IMG/VR virus record: IMGVR_UViG_3300009436_000023
Strand: one strand, 5' to 3'
Origin: an uncultured virus (IMG/VR IMGVR_UViG_3300009436_000023)
Lineage: Duplodnaviria; Heunggongvirae; Uroviricota; Caudoviricetes
DNA length: 64,000 nucleotides
This document shows positions 57,387 to 64,000 of the stretch, piece by piece (position 1 is the stretch's first letter; each line of letters opens with the position of its first letter). The translations under genes and the position numbers were made by a program. The notes beneath the pieces were generated by a model. It ran no database searches and was not told the DNA's origin. It was given only the letters and a program-made list of their open reading frames with translations.

Positions 57387-57766
57387 TAATTGACGTTGCA
57401 GTCAACGAAAAATATGATGCTCTTTTGGATGACTTTGTTTACTACATCTGCAAGCATTTTGGTATTATCCCACGGAAGATTTCTATAGAAACTGCTGACC
57501 TAGTTGGTAACAGAGGGATGTGCTTTGATGACGATGATGGAGAGTTTACTATCTTGGTAAAAACAAATGATGATATGGGACAGACTTTCGCAACTGTTGC
57601 GCATGAGATGATCCATGTTAAACAATATATGACACAAAATCTTGGTCAGATACTTGACGAAAGTACGGCAATGCCGTATGATTCGCGGTGGTGGGAAGAT
57701 GAAGCTTTTAATGGTGCGGTTCCTCTTGTGGAATCTTTTGCAACTAAGATCAAACTTTCTAGTTGA
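57383..57766 (+). CDS. zincin metallopeptidase-like protein, paralog of the upstream gene
   Basis: TVAHEMIHVKQY...WWEDEA; ATGA-coupled. Confidence 0.8.
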   Translation: MIIDVAVNEKYDALLDDFVYYICKHFGIIPRKISIETADLVGNRGMCFDDDDGEFTILVKTNDDMGQTFATVAHEMIHVKQYMTQNLGQILDESTAMPYDSRWWEDEAFNGAVPLVESFATKIKLSS

Positions 57767-57819
57767 CACCACCCAACCACTAGTGTATTATACACTTAAT
57801 CGAAAGAAAAGGAAAACAA

Positions 57820-58050
57820 ATGAGTATCGACTTAACATTCTTTGAGGTAACGGATACCCAAAAACAAGTGGCTAATCTTGGTCGCAAGATGATGGAGTAT
57901 TCGGAGAACTACAAAGACTCTGATATTCCCTTGGAAATTCTTAATGCAATGTCTCGTGTCGGAGAAAATCTTGCTGAAAATGCTTATGATAAAGTAAAGC
58001 TAGATGAGATCGATACTATGGTTGTTAAATATGCTAGGAGAGTGTTATGA
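57820..58050 (+). CDS. hypothetical protein
   Basis: Promoter TTGACA-17-TATTAT at 57763-57791; AAGGA Shine-Dalgarno. Confidence 0.75.
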   Translation: MSIDLTFFEVTDTQKQVANLGRKMMEYSENYKDSDIPLEILNAMSRVGENLAENAYDKVKLDEIDTMVVKYARRVL

Positions 58051-58295
58051 GTGAGTTGGGCTTTGAAACTTCATATGAAGATGAAGTGACAGTTGAAATT
58101 ATGGATTGGGCTTTGGATACAATGCCAGATGAAGTAAAAGGCATGACACTAGAAGAAGTTGCAGATAAATATTGGGAAGTACACTTGAGTAGTACGCCAG
58201 ATGAAGATGCCTTTTCTGTATTACCCGACTTCGATGATGATGCTCTAACAGACTTAACAAAAACATATGGGAATCAACCAAATGAAAAATTTTAA
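58047..58295 (+). CDS. hypothetical acidic protein
   Basis: 82 aa; AGGAG Shine-Dalgarno; coupled start. Confidence 0.7.
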   Translation: MSELGFETSYEDEVTVEIMDWALDTMPDEVKGMTLEEVADKYWEVHLSSTPDEDAFSVLPDFDDDALTDLTKTYGNQPNEKF

Positions 58296-58758
58296 GAAAT
58301 TAGTATTGGTAGCCGCTCTGGCTACTGCAACACAGGCTACGGCAAACGAGAATGTAACAAACATTACAGTCTTTGATCATACTAAGACCGTAGTTACCAA
58401 CAACCCTATTCAAGTTCGTGAATGTCGTGACGTAGAAGTCCCAGTTTATGAAAACTACCAAGGTGAAGGAGATGCCGCAGGCGGCGCATTTCTAGGAATG
58501 ATCATTGGTGGCTTGCTTGGAAAAGGTGTTACTGGTGATGATGGTGGTGCGGCGGCTGGAGCGGTGATCGGTGGATTAGTTGGTGCTGATAAAGGCGCAA
58601 AAGGTTCGAATGGTCAACGTATTGTAGGATATTCTTACGAAGAGCGTTGTAATATCGTGACTGAGAATCGTAGAGAAGAGCGAGAAGTATATAGCCACTC
58701 TACCATTCGTTTCCATCTTGGTGGTGAGCGTCACGTTTTAAAGTTTCAACGCCGATGA
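58282..58758 (+). CDS. exported glycine-zipper 2TM protein
   Basis: Signal peptide MKNFKKLVLVAALATATQATA; GAFLGMIIGGLLG..G.G.GAAAGAVIGGLVG zipper. Confidence 0.8.
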   Translation: MKNFKKLVLVAALATATQATANENVTNITVFDHTKTVVTNNPIQVRECRDVEVPVYENYQGEGDAAGGAFLGMIIGGLLGKGVTGDDGGAAAGAVIGGLVGADKGAKGSNGQRIVGYSYEERCNIVTENRREEREVYSHSTIRFHLGGERHVLKFQRR

Positions 58759-58856
58759 TAGATATTGTCGTAGCTAACCTAATCTTTTGGAGTTTGTATA
58801 TTTTCATAGGTACAATTCCTTATCGTGTAATGCAGAAAGCAATTGACAATTCATGA
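58755..58856 (+). CDS. 33-aa membrane peptide (MIDIVVANLIFWSLYIFIGTIPYRVMQKAIDNS)
   Basis: Read manually; ATGA overlaps at both ends. Confidence 0.55.
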   Translation: MIDIVVANLIFWSLYIFIGTIPYRVMQKAIDNS

Positions 58857-59038
58857 GATACACATTAGAAAGAAACGGTAAAGTGGTACAACACATTGTA
58901 ATGGTTGGTGCTGAGAAAAGTAACTTCAAGACCCCTACTGTGTTTGACCTTAAATTTGAAACATACGAAGCGGCTAATGAAGTAGCCGAAGTGTTAAAAG
59001 CCAAAGTTGTAGATAACCAAGCTACATTAGCGGCGTAA
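58853..59038 (+). CDS. hypothetical protein
   Basis: 61 aa; coupled start. Confidence 0.65.
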   Translation: MRYTLERNGKVVQHIVMVGAEKSNFKTPTVFDLKFETYEAANEVAEVLKAKVVDNQATLAA

Positions 59039-59044
59039 GAATTA

Positions 59045-59121
59045 GTTTCCTTAGCTCAGCTGGATAGAGCAACTGCCTTCTAAGCAGTAGGTCGTAGGTT
59101 CGAATCCTACAGGGAACGCCA
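59045..59121 (+). tRNA. tRNA-Arg(TCT)
   Basis: Acceptor GTTTCCT/AGGGAAC; anticodon arm ACTGC-CTTCTAA-GCAGT; GTTCGAATC T-loop; CCA. Confidence 0.95.
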
Positions 59122-59130
59122 AAACAGTGT

Positions 59131-59205
59131 GCGAGAGTAGCTTAGCGGTAGAGCAAGACGCTCATAACGTCCAGGTCGTAGGTTCGATCCCTACCTCTCG
59201 CACCA
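59131..59205 (+). tRNA. tRNA with CAT anticodon (elongator Met or Ile2)
   Basis: Acceptor GCGAGAG/CTCTCGC; loop CTCATAA; GTTCGATC T-loop; CCA. Confidence 0.92.
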
Positions 59206-59210
59206 AGAAC

Positions 59211-59402
59211 GTGTTGGGTAGCACCGACTAGTATGGGTCAGCAAATCCCATATGATGAGAAGTGATTTAGCAGTCACAACAAAAGGCTTGATGGAAGTAT
59301 CTCGGCAGGTGCATGTCGTTAGCAAGGTAGGGGTGGAGTTATACCAAAGAATATCTAACGTTCTACGATATTTGACTTTGAAACTCCTCTTGCGCACCAC
59401 CC
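59211..59402 (+). ncRNA. structured ncRNA, possibly manA-motif-like
   Basis: Several hairpins plus a long rod GGTGC/GCACC, GCAAG/CTTGC, GGAGTT/AACTCC, CAAAG/CTTTG, AATATC/GATATT; GGGTGG/CCACCC alternative or pseudoknot pairing. Confidence 0.6.
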
Positions 59403-59425
59403 ATAACTTTAACAAGGTAATAAGT

Positions 59426-59566
59426 ATGCGAAACATTTACGAGAAAAAAGACCTGACAATAAAAGAACTTACAAAACTATTTTCTGATAATGATATCGAT
59501 TATTTCATCAAATCAGTAGATGGATGCGTTGCCGCAATACATTTTATCGTTAAGCCTGATGAGTAG
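59426..59566 (+). CDS. small hypothetical protein (46 aa, MRNIYEKKDL...)
   Basis: AAGGT Shine-Dalgarno; overlaps the start of the epimerase gene. Confidence 0.6.
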   Translation: MRNIYEKKDLTIKELTKLFSDNDIDYFIKSVDGCVAAIHFIVKPDE

Positions 59567-60425
59567 GGTTCTTGTAACAGGAGCTACTGGATATGTAGGT
59601 AGCCACTTAGTTAAGCGTCTTGCTGAATATGGGCATGAGGTTCATGGTATTGACATTAACTTCCACGGTGAACATAACAATGTTGAAAAGTATTGTAGCT
59701 TAAAGCTACAGGATATCACATGGGTTATGAAGTATCGTTCAGAATACGATGCTGTTGTCCATCTTGCTGGTAGAAGTGTCGTACCACAAAGTCTTATTGA
59801 ACCATCTGAGTATTACAGAGTGAATACGATGGGTACAGATAATCTGTTTAATTATATCGATACACCCAACCTTATTTTTGCGAGTACGTCTAGTGCATTT
59901 GAAATGGCATCTCCATACGCACGATCTAAGGTAGCGGCTGAGGATATCATAAAGGAGAAGTCCAATGGGCATACTATTTTCCGCTTTTTTAATGTCTCTG
60001 GTTCTAATGGTGTTCATAGGCAACTTGGCTCTGCCACTCATCTTATTCGTCGTTGTGCTATGGTTGCTGCTGGAAATCTTCCCCACATTGATATATTTGG
60101 CGTGGATTATCCTACTCGTGACGGTACTTGTATACGCGATTATGTACATGTCAGTGATCTTAGTTCTGCTATAGCAAAATCAGTTGAGACTGGCGCACTA
60201 AATACTGAGTATGAGTGTTTGGGTGGTAATGTAGGTTATACTGTTCTTGAAGTTATTAGTGCAATGGAACGTGTGACAGGCAAGAAAATCAAGACTGTAA
60301 TTCAAGGAAGACGACAGGGTGATGCAGTATCATCAGTTGTTGACAATCTGAGTAAATGTGTTACACTTACAAAGACTTTAGAGGATATGTGTTTGGATCA
60401 ATATAAGTTGGAACTAACACTTTAA
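59559..60425 (+). CDS. galE: NAD-dependent epimerase, UDP-glucose 4-epimerase-like
   Basis: VLVTGATGYVGSH, HLAG..V..S...P..YY..N, YARSK (YxxxK), FRFFNV and DYPTRDGTCIRDYVHVSDL motifs. Confidence 0.9.
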   Translation: MSRVLVTGATGYVGSHLVKRLAEYGHEVHGIDINFHGEHNNVEKYCSLKLQDITWVMKYRSEYDAVVHLAGRSVVPQSLIEPSEYYRVNTMGTDNLFNYIDTPNLIFASTSSAFEMASPYARSKVAAEDIIKEKSNGHTIFRFFNVSGSNGVHRQLGSATHLIRRCAMVAAGNLPHIDIFGVDYPTRDGTCIRDYVHVSDLSSAIAKSVETGALNTEYECLGGNVGYTVLEVISAMERVTGKKIKTVIQGRRQGDAVSSVVDNLSKCVTLTKTLEDMCLDQYKLELTL

Positions 60426-60500
60426 TGGGAAGTAGCTCAATGGTAGAGCATCTGTTTTTGGTACAGAAGGTTGTAGGTTCGAGTCCTACCTTCCCAGCCA
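60426..60500 (+). tRNA. tRNA-Gln(TTG)
   Basis: Acceptor TGGGAAG/CTTCCCA with G discriminator; anticodon arm TCTGT-TTTTGGT-ACAGA; CCA. Confidence 0.9.
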
Positions 60501-60519
60501 AATTATAAGAGGAACTTAA

Positions 60520-61035
60520 GTGGCTGATGTTTTGATGTTAAATGCTGATGGTCAACCAGTCAGTTATCTACCACTTAGTACCATTAAATGGAAAGAAGCA
60601 ATCATGTACATGTGGCACGATAAGTGTACTGTATTAGATTGGTACGACGATTGGGTTGTAAGATCACCATCGTGGGAAACCAAAGTTCCATCTGTTATCA
60701 TATTAAAAGATTATGTTCGCAAGAAAACCCAAGTGCGGTTCTCTAAAAATAACGTTTATCTAAGAGACTTGTATACTTGTCTGTATTGTGAACAGCACGT
60801 CAGTCGTTCCATGGCAACACTTGATCACGTCATACCACTTAGCTTGGGTGGCAAAACTACATGGGAAAACATCGCTACTGCGTGTAATAAATGTAATGGT
60901 ATTAAAGCAAACAGGACAAATATGAAGCCAGTATATGTACCATACCGCCCTGGTTATTACGAGTTAGTTCGTAAGAAAAAACAATTCGAGATCGAAGCTA
61001 CGCATCCTTCTTGGGAAAAGTGGTTGACAAGCTAA
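60520..61035 (+). CDS. HNH endonuclease, McrA-like
   Basis: RDLYTCLYC..ATLDHVIPLSLGG...WEN..TAC..CN..K. Confidence 0.9.
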   Translation: MADVLMLNADGQPVSYLPLSTIKWKEAIMYMWHDKCTVLDWYDDWVVRSPSWETKVPSVIILKDYVRKKTQVRFSKNNVYLRDLYTCLYCEQHVSRSMATLDHVIPLSLGGKTTWENIATACNKCNGIKANRTNMKPVYVPYRPGYYELVRKKKQFEIEATHPSWEKWLTS

Positions 61036-61081
61036 ACGAATCATAGTATTGGTTGTTCATCAACTATGAAAGGACGATGTT

Positions 61082-61483
61082 ATGACCTTCACCTATTGCG
61101 ACGATTTAATCTCCGACTTCCACAAAGATGTGTATGGTTACCGCCCACGTGAAAGTTTTTGGAATGAATGGGAAACCCTTACCCCAACCCAAAAGCAAAC
61201 AATTTGGGATGAGTATGATCGTGTCAGTGAACTTCAAGTGATTGAAACCAAAGCGCAAGAAGAGCGTGACGTTGCTAAGTTTGAAGATCGTGTTCAAGAT
61301 GTTATCAATATCGGCGCGGGCAATCGTAAGACTGCTTTGAAGTGGATCGCTGATAGCGAAACTTTCTACCACGGACAAGATGTTGAGCATTTTGTGTGGC
61401 AACAAGGTATCCTTTTCACAGGATATGGCAAACAACTAATCAAAGATTTATTAGAAGTTGTTAAGTACAAGGAGTACGCATAA
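61082..61483 (+). CDS. hypothetical protein (ISDFHKDVYGYRPR motif)
   Basis: 133 aa; AAGGA Shine-Dalgarno; GAATC-containing promoter-like element at 61024-61052. Confidence 0.8.
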   Translation: MTFTYCDDLISDFHKDVYGYRPRESFWNEWETLTPTQKQTIWDEYDRVSELQVIETKAQEERDVAKFEDRVQDVINIGAGNRKTALKWIADSETFYHGQDVEHFVWQQGILFTGYGKQLIKDLLEVVKYKEYA

Positions 61484-61683
61484 TGGAAGTTAAAGTATAT
61501 AAGCATAAAATTGATCTGAATACAGTACACACTTTTGGGTCTTATGGGTGCAACCTATACACGCAAGATGGAGAGTTCGTTGAGGCTCGTGTGTTCCATA
61601 TGATGTCAGGTCAGATGTTCCACAATGAAATTCGTGAGATCGCTCAGTTTGAAAAGCTACGAGTGGAGTCTCTAGCTTACTAA
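61483..61683 (+). CDS. hypothetical protein
   Basis: 66 aa; AAGGAG Shine-Dalgarno. Confidence 0.7.
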   Translation: MEVKVYKHKIDLNTVHTFGSYGCNLYTQDGEFVEARVFHMMSGQMFHNEIREIAQFEKLRVESLAY

Positions 61684-61686
61684 AAC

Positions 61687-61715
61687 TTGACAAATCGCAC
61701 TTTTTGTGGTATCAT
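61687..61715 (+). promoter_or_regulatory. sigma70 promoter TTGACA-17-TATCAT
   Basis: TTGACA AATCGCACTTTTTGTGG TATCAT. Confidence 0.75.
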
Positions 61716-61828
61716 AAATTAATAGGTTCTAGTAATGGAATAGGTAATATGATAGATAAAGCTAATACTATAGGAGACTTGATTATTAATTATTTAAGAT
61801 TTATATCTCCTTATGATAAGGATAAACA

Positions 61829-62902
61829 ATGAAGGTTACAGTTGTTCAAGATGACATTACATCTGAGATTAGTCGTATTATGGACTATGAGTTTGATGGT
61901 ACTACTACGTTCTATCCTCATGAGTTCAGTGCTATTGATCGTGAGACTACGCTTAAAGACTTTGGTGTTGGTTTGATTGTGGGACCTTCTGGTTCTGGTA
62001 AGACAACTTTACTTAAAGAGTTTGGTCAAGAGGTTGAACCTGTTTGGGATGGTGACAAATCTATTGCTTCTCATTTCAAGGATATTGATGATGTGCAAGA
62101 TCGTTTAGGTGCTGTTGGGTTTAACAGTATCCCTTCTTGGTTGCGTCCTTATCATGTTCTTTCCAATGGTGAACAGTTTCGTGCTAGGTTGGCTAGACAG
62201 TTAGATAGTAATATCGTTGTTGATGAGTTCACATCTGTTATTGACAGAGACGTTGCTAAGAGTTGTTCTAATGCTATTAGTCGTTACGTTAAAAGAAACA
62301 ATTTAAAGAATATTGTATTTTCATCTTGTCATTATGACATCATTGAGTGGTTGCAACCAGATTGGGTTTTTGACACTCATACTGGTAAGCTGACCACAAG
62401 GGGGTATCATCGGCCAGACATTGTTTTGGAAATCTTACCTTGCACCAGAGACATCTGGACGATCTTCAGCGACCACCACTATCTCGACGGAAACATTCAC
62501 TCAGGTGCATCATGTTGGATTGCAGTCTGGAACGACAGACTTGTCGGATTTCTTTCTAGCTTAAGCATGCCTTCTGGCAGTTTGAAGAATGCTTGGCGAG
62601 GTCATCGTACCGTCGTTTTGCCAGAGTTTCAAGGTTTGGGGATTGGTGCTAGAATGACAGAAGCTATGGGAGAATTACACTTAATAGAAGGTAAAAGATA
62701 TTTTACAAAAACGGCTCACCCTAGATTGGGAGAGTTTCGGAATAATTCTGATAAATGGCGTGGTACATCTAAGAATGGCGTCGCACGTTTAGATTACAAT
62801 ACCAATGACAGTACCTTTGGTGGGTTTGCTGGTGGCTTACAAAAACATATGAACAGAATGTGCTATTCGCACGAGTATATCGGACTTGCTTCTAAAGCAT
62901 AA
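61829..62902 (+). CDS. ABC-type ATPase fused to a GNAT acetyltransferase
   Basis: GPSGSGKTT, LSNGE signature, VVDEF and SCH motifs; C-terminal W..F..HHYL and RTVVLPEFQGLGIG acetyl-CoA motif. Confidence 0.85.
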   Translation: MKVTVVQDDITSEISRIMDYEFDGTTTFYPHEFSAIDRETTLKDFGVGLIVGPSGSGKTTLLKEFGQEVEPVWDGDKSIASHFKDIDDVQDRLGAVGFNSIPSWLRPYHVLSNGEQFRARLARQLDSNIVVDEFTSVIDRDVAKSCSNAISRYVKRNNLKNIVFSSCHYDIIEWLQPDWVFDTHTGKLTTRGYHRPDIVLEILPCTRDIWTIFSDHHYLDGNIHSGASCWIAVWNDRLVGFLSSLSMPSGSLKNAWRGHRTVVLPEFQGLGIGARMTEAMGELHLIEGKRYFTKTAHPRLGEFRNNSDKWRGTSKNGVARLDYNTNDSTFGGFAGGLQKHMNRMCYSHEYIGLASKA

Positions 62903-62938
62903 ATAATTGACCAACTAAGTTTTTGGAGCAAAGCTAAT

Positions 62939-63916
62939 ATGAACGAAAAATTTACAAACGCAATTAACCGTGTCGAACAATCGTGTCCACCTATTTGGAT
63001 GATGCGTCAAGCAGGTCGATACCAGAGTTCCTACATGCAACTCAAAGAACAATATAACTTTATGCAAATGTGTAAACTTCCGCAAATAGCGGCTAAGGTT
63101 GCTATGTTGCCTATTGATGAATTTGATTTTGATGTTGCTATCTTGTTTAGTGACATTCTTTGGCATGTCGAAGGATTGGGTCTTCCATTGGCGTTTGATC
63201 CTAGCCCAAAGTTTGAATTTCATTTATCCGAAGAAAATTACAAGAACCACATGTGTATTGAGACAGCAATGGAACACATAAACTTCCAAAAGGTTGCATT
63301 GGAAACCACAAGAGATATGTTGCCCAGTAGAAAAAGTTTGATTGGGTTTGTTGGCGGTCCTTGGAGTCTTCTTAACTATGCTTTAGGAGATAATAAGGTA
63401 TCACTTGAGTTCAAAACGATGTATTTGAATGATGTTATTATTCCTCTTATGGCTAGAAGTATCAGAGCGCAGAAGTTAGCAGGTGCTGAGGTAGTCATGA
63501 TCTTTGACAGTGGTTTGCATAATATGTCTAAAATATATTATGAGAACAAGTATCTCCCAATGATGGAACAGTTATCCGCAATCGGAAAAGTGGGTTACTA
63601 CACACGTGATTTGCCTAATGGTTCTTTACCTAAAGTTAAGAAAATGGAATGGGCTGGTATTGGTATCGACTCCACCCAAGACTTGGTAAAAACTTTGAAG
63701 ACACATACCAATGGGTTTGTCCAAGGCAATTTTGACGAACAGCATATGTTATTGGATACTAAACTTTATCATTATGAATTAGATAAATGGTTAGAAAGTT
63801 TGGATGGTGTTGACACCACTGGTTGGGTATGTGGATTGGGTCATGGTATTCACAAACACACTCCAACAGATCACATAAAATACTTTATTAATCAAGTAAG
63901 GGATAAGTTTGAATAA
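62939..63916 (+). CDS. hemE: uroporphyrinogen decarboxylase
   Basis: PIWMMRQAGRY, AILFSDIL, LIGFVGGPWSL..Y, IFDS, QGNFD and LGHGI motifs. Confidence 0.93.
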   Translation: MNEKFTNAINRVEQSCPPIWMMRQAGRYQSSYMQLKEQYNFMQMCKLPQIAAKVAMLPIDEFDFDVAILFSDILWHVEGLGLPLAFDPSPKFEFHLSEENYKNHMCIETAMEHINFQKVALETTRDMLPSRKSLIGFVGGPWSLLNYALGDNKVSLEFKTMYLNDVIIPLMARSIRAQKLAGAEVVMIFDSGLHNMSKIYYENKYLPMMEQLSAIGKVGYYTRDLPNGSLPKVKKMEWAGIGIDSTQDLVKTLKTHTNGFVQGNFDEQHMLLDTKLYHYELDKWLESLDGVDTTGWVCGLGHGIHKHTPTDHIKYFINQVRDKFE

Positions 63917-64000
63917 TGTTTGACGATTATGCGGCTTGGTTTAAAACCTTGCAGAATGATATATGTGACACCGTAGAAGACATTGAATGGGATACTTGTT
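63916..64000 (+). CDS. hemF: probable coproporphyrinogen III oxidase, N-terminal fragment truncated by the window edge
   Basis: MFDDYAAWFKTLQNDICDTVEDIE resembles the HemF N-terminus (WF..LQ..IC...E); TAATG coupling to hemE; only 28 codons visible. Confidence 0.55.
   Translation, partial: MFDDYAAWFKTLQNDICDTVEDIEWDTC

Noticed and set aside
59252..59425. 5' part of the 104-aa ORF 59252-59566
   Set aside because: It overlaps the structured RNA and has no good Shine-Dalgarno; a better start exists at 59426
60426..60500. tRNA-Pro(TGG) reading
   Set aside because: Stem TCTGT/ACAGA gives loop TTTTGGT, so the anticodon is TTG; U1-A72 and G73 fit Gln
60520..61035. HNH as an intron-borne homing endonuclease
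   Set aside because: It is free-standing, no interrupted gene or group I intron structure is seen, and it resembles the common McrA-like phage family

Overview
This is a 64-kb segment of a T4-like myovirus genome, probably marine and probably infecting an alphaproteobacterium (host is inferred). Bases 1-24.2 kb (minus strand) hold the tail fibre/baseplate module: glycine-rich adhesin-like protein, S74-chaperone tail fibre, 1780-aa VrlC/DUF4815-like protein, gp8, S8 protease, gp9-like, gp7, gp6, gp25, M15 peptidase, gp5, hub, split gp53 and gp48. Bases 24.3-28.9 kb (plus) hold gp4, gp2, gp54-like, gp26, gp51 and a tape-measure-like gene. Bases 28.9-37.2 kb are a variable region of small genes, most with their own sigma70 promoter; it includes a tRNA-like RNA and three ORFs with capsid-targeting-like N-termini. 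Bases 37.3-53.4 kb (minus) hold Hsp20 with a ROSE-like thermometer, dUTPase, regA, gp62/44/45, dexA-like, gp43, gp46/47, gp55, uvsW, uvsY and gp3. Bases 53.5-64 kb (plus) hold topoisomerase II, two zincin proteases, three tRNAs, a structured ncRNA, a GalE-like epimerase, an HNH nuclease, an ABC-ATPase/GNAT fusion, and hemE followed by a probable hemF start. The most notable observations are the phage heme-pathway genes, a class of early promoters carrying GANTC (the CcrM site) and lacking the -7 T, an aberrant CCA-ended tRNA-like RNA, a manA-like structured RNA, a duplicated 26-bp promoter-palindrome (one copy has no sense ORF), and a subtilase carrying a ~300-aa insert. All gene calls come from motif recognition and synteny; no database searches were run.
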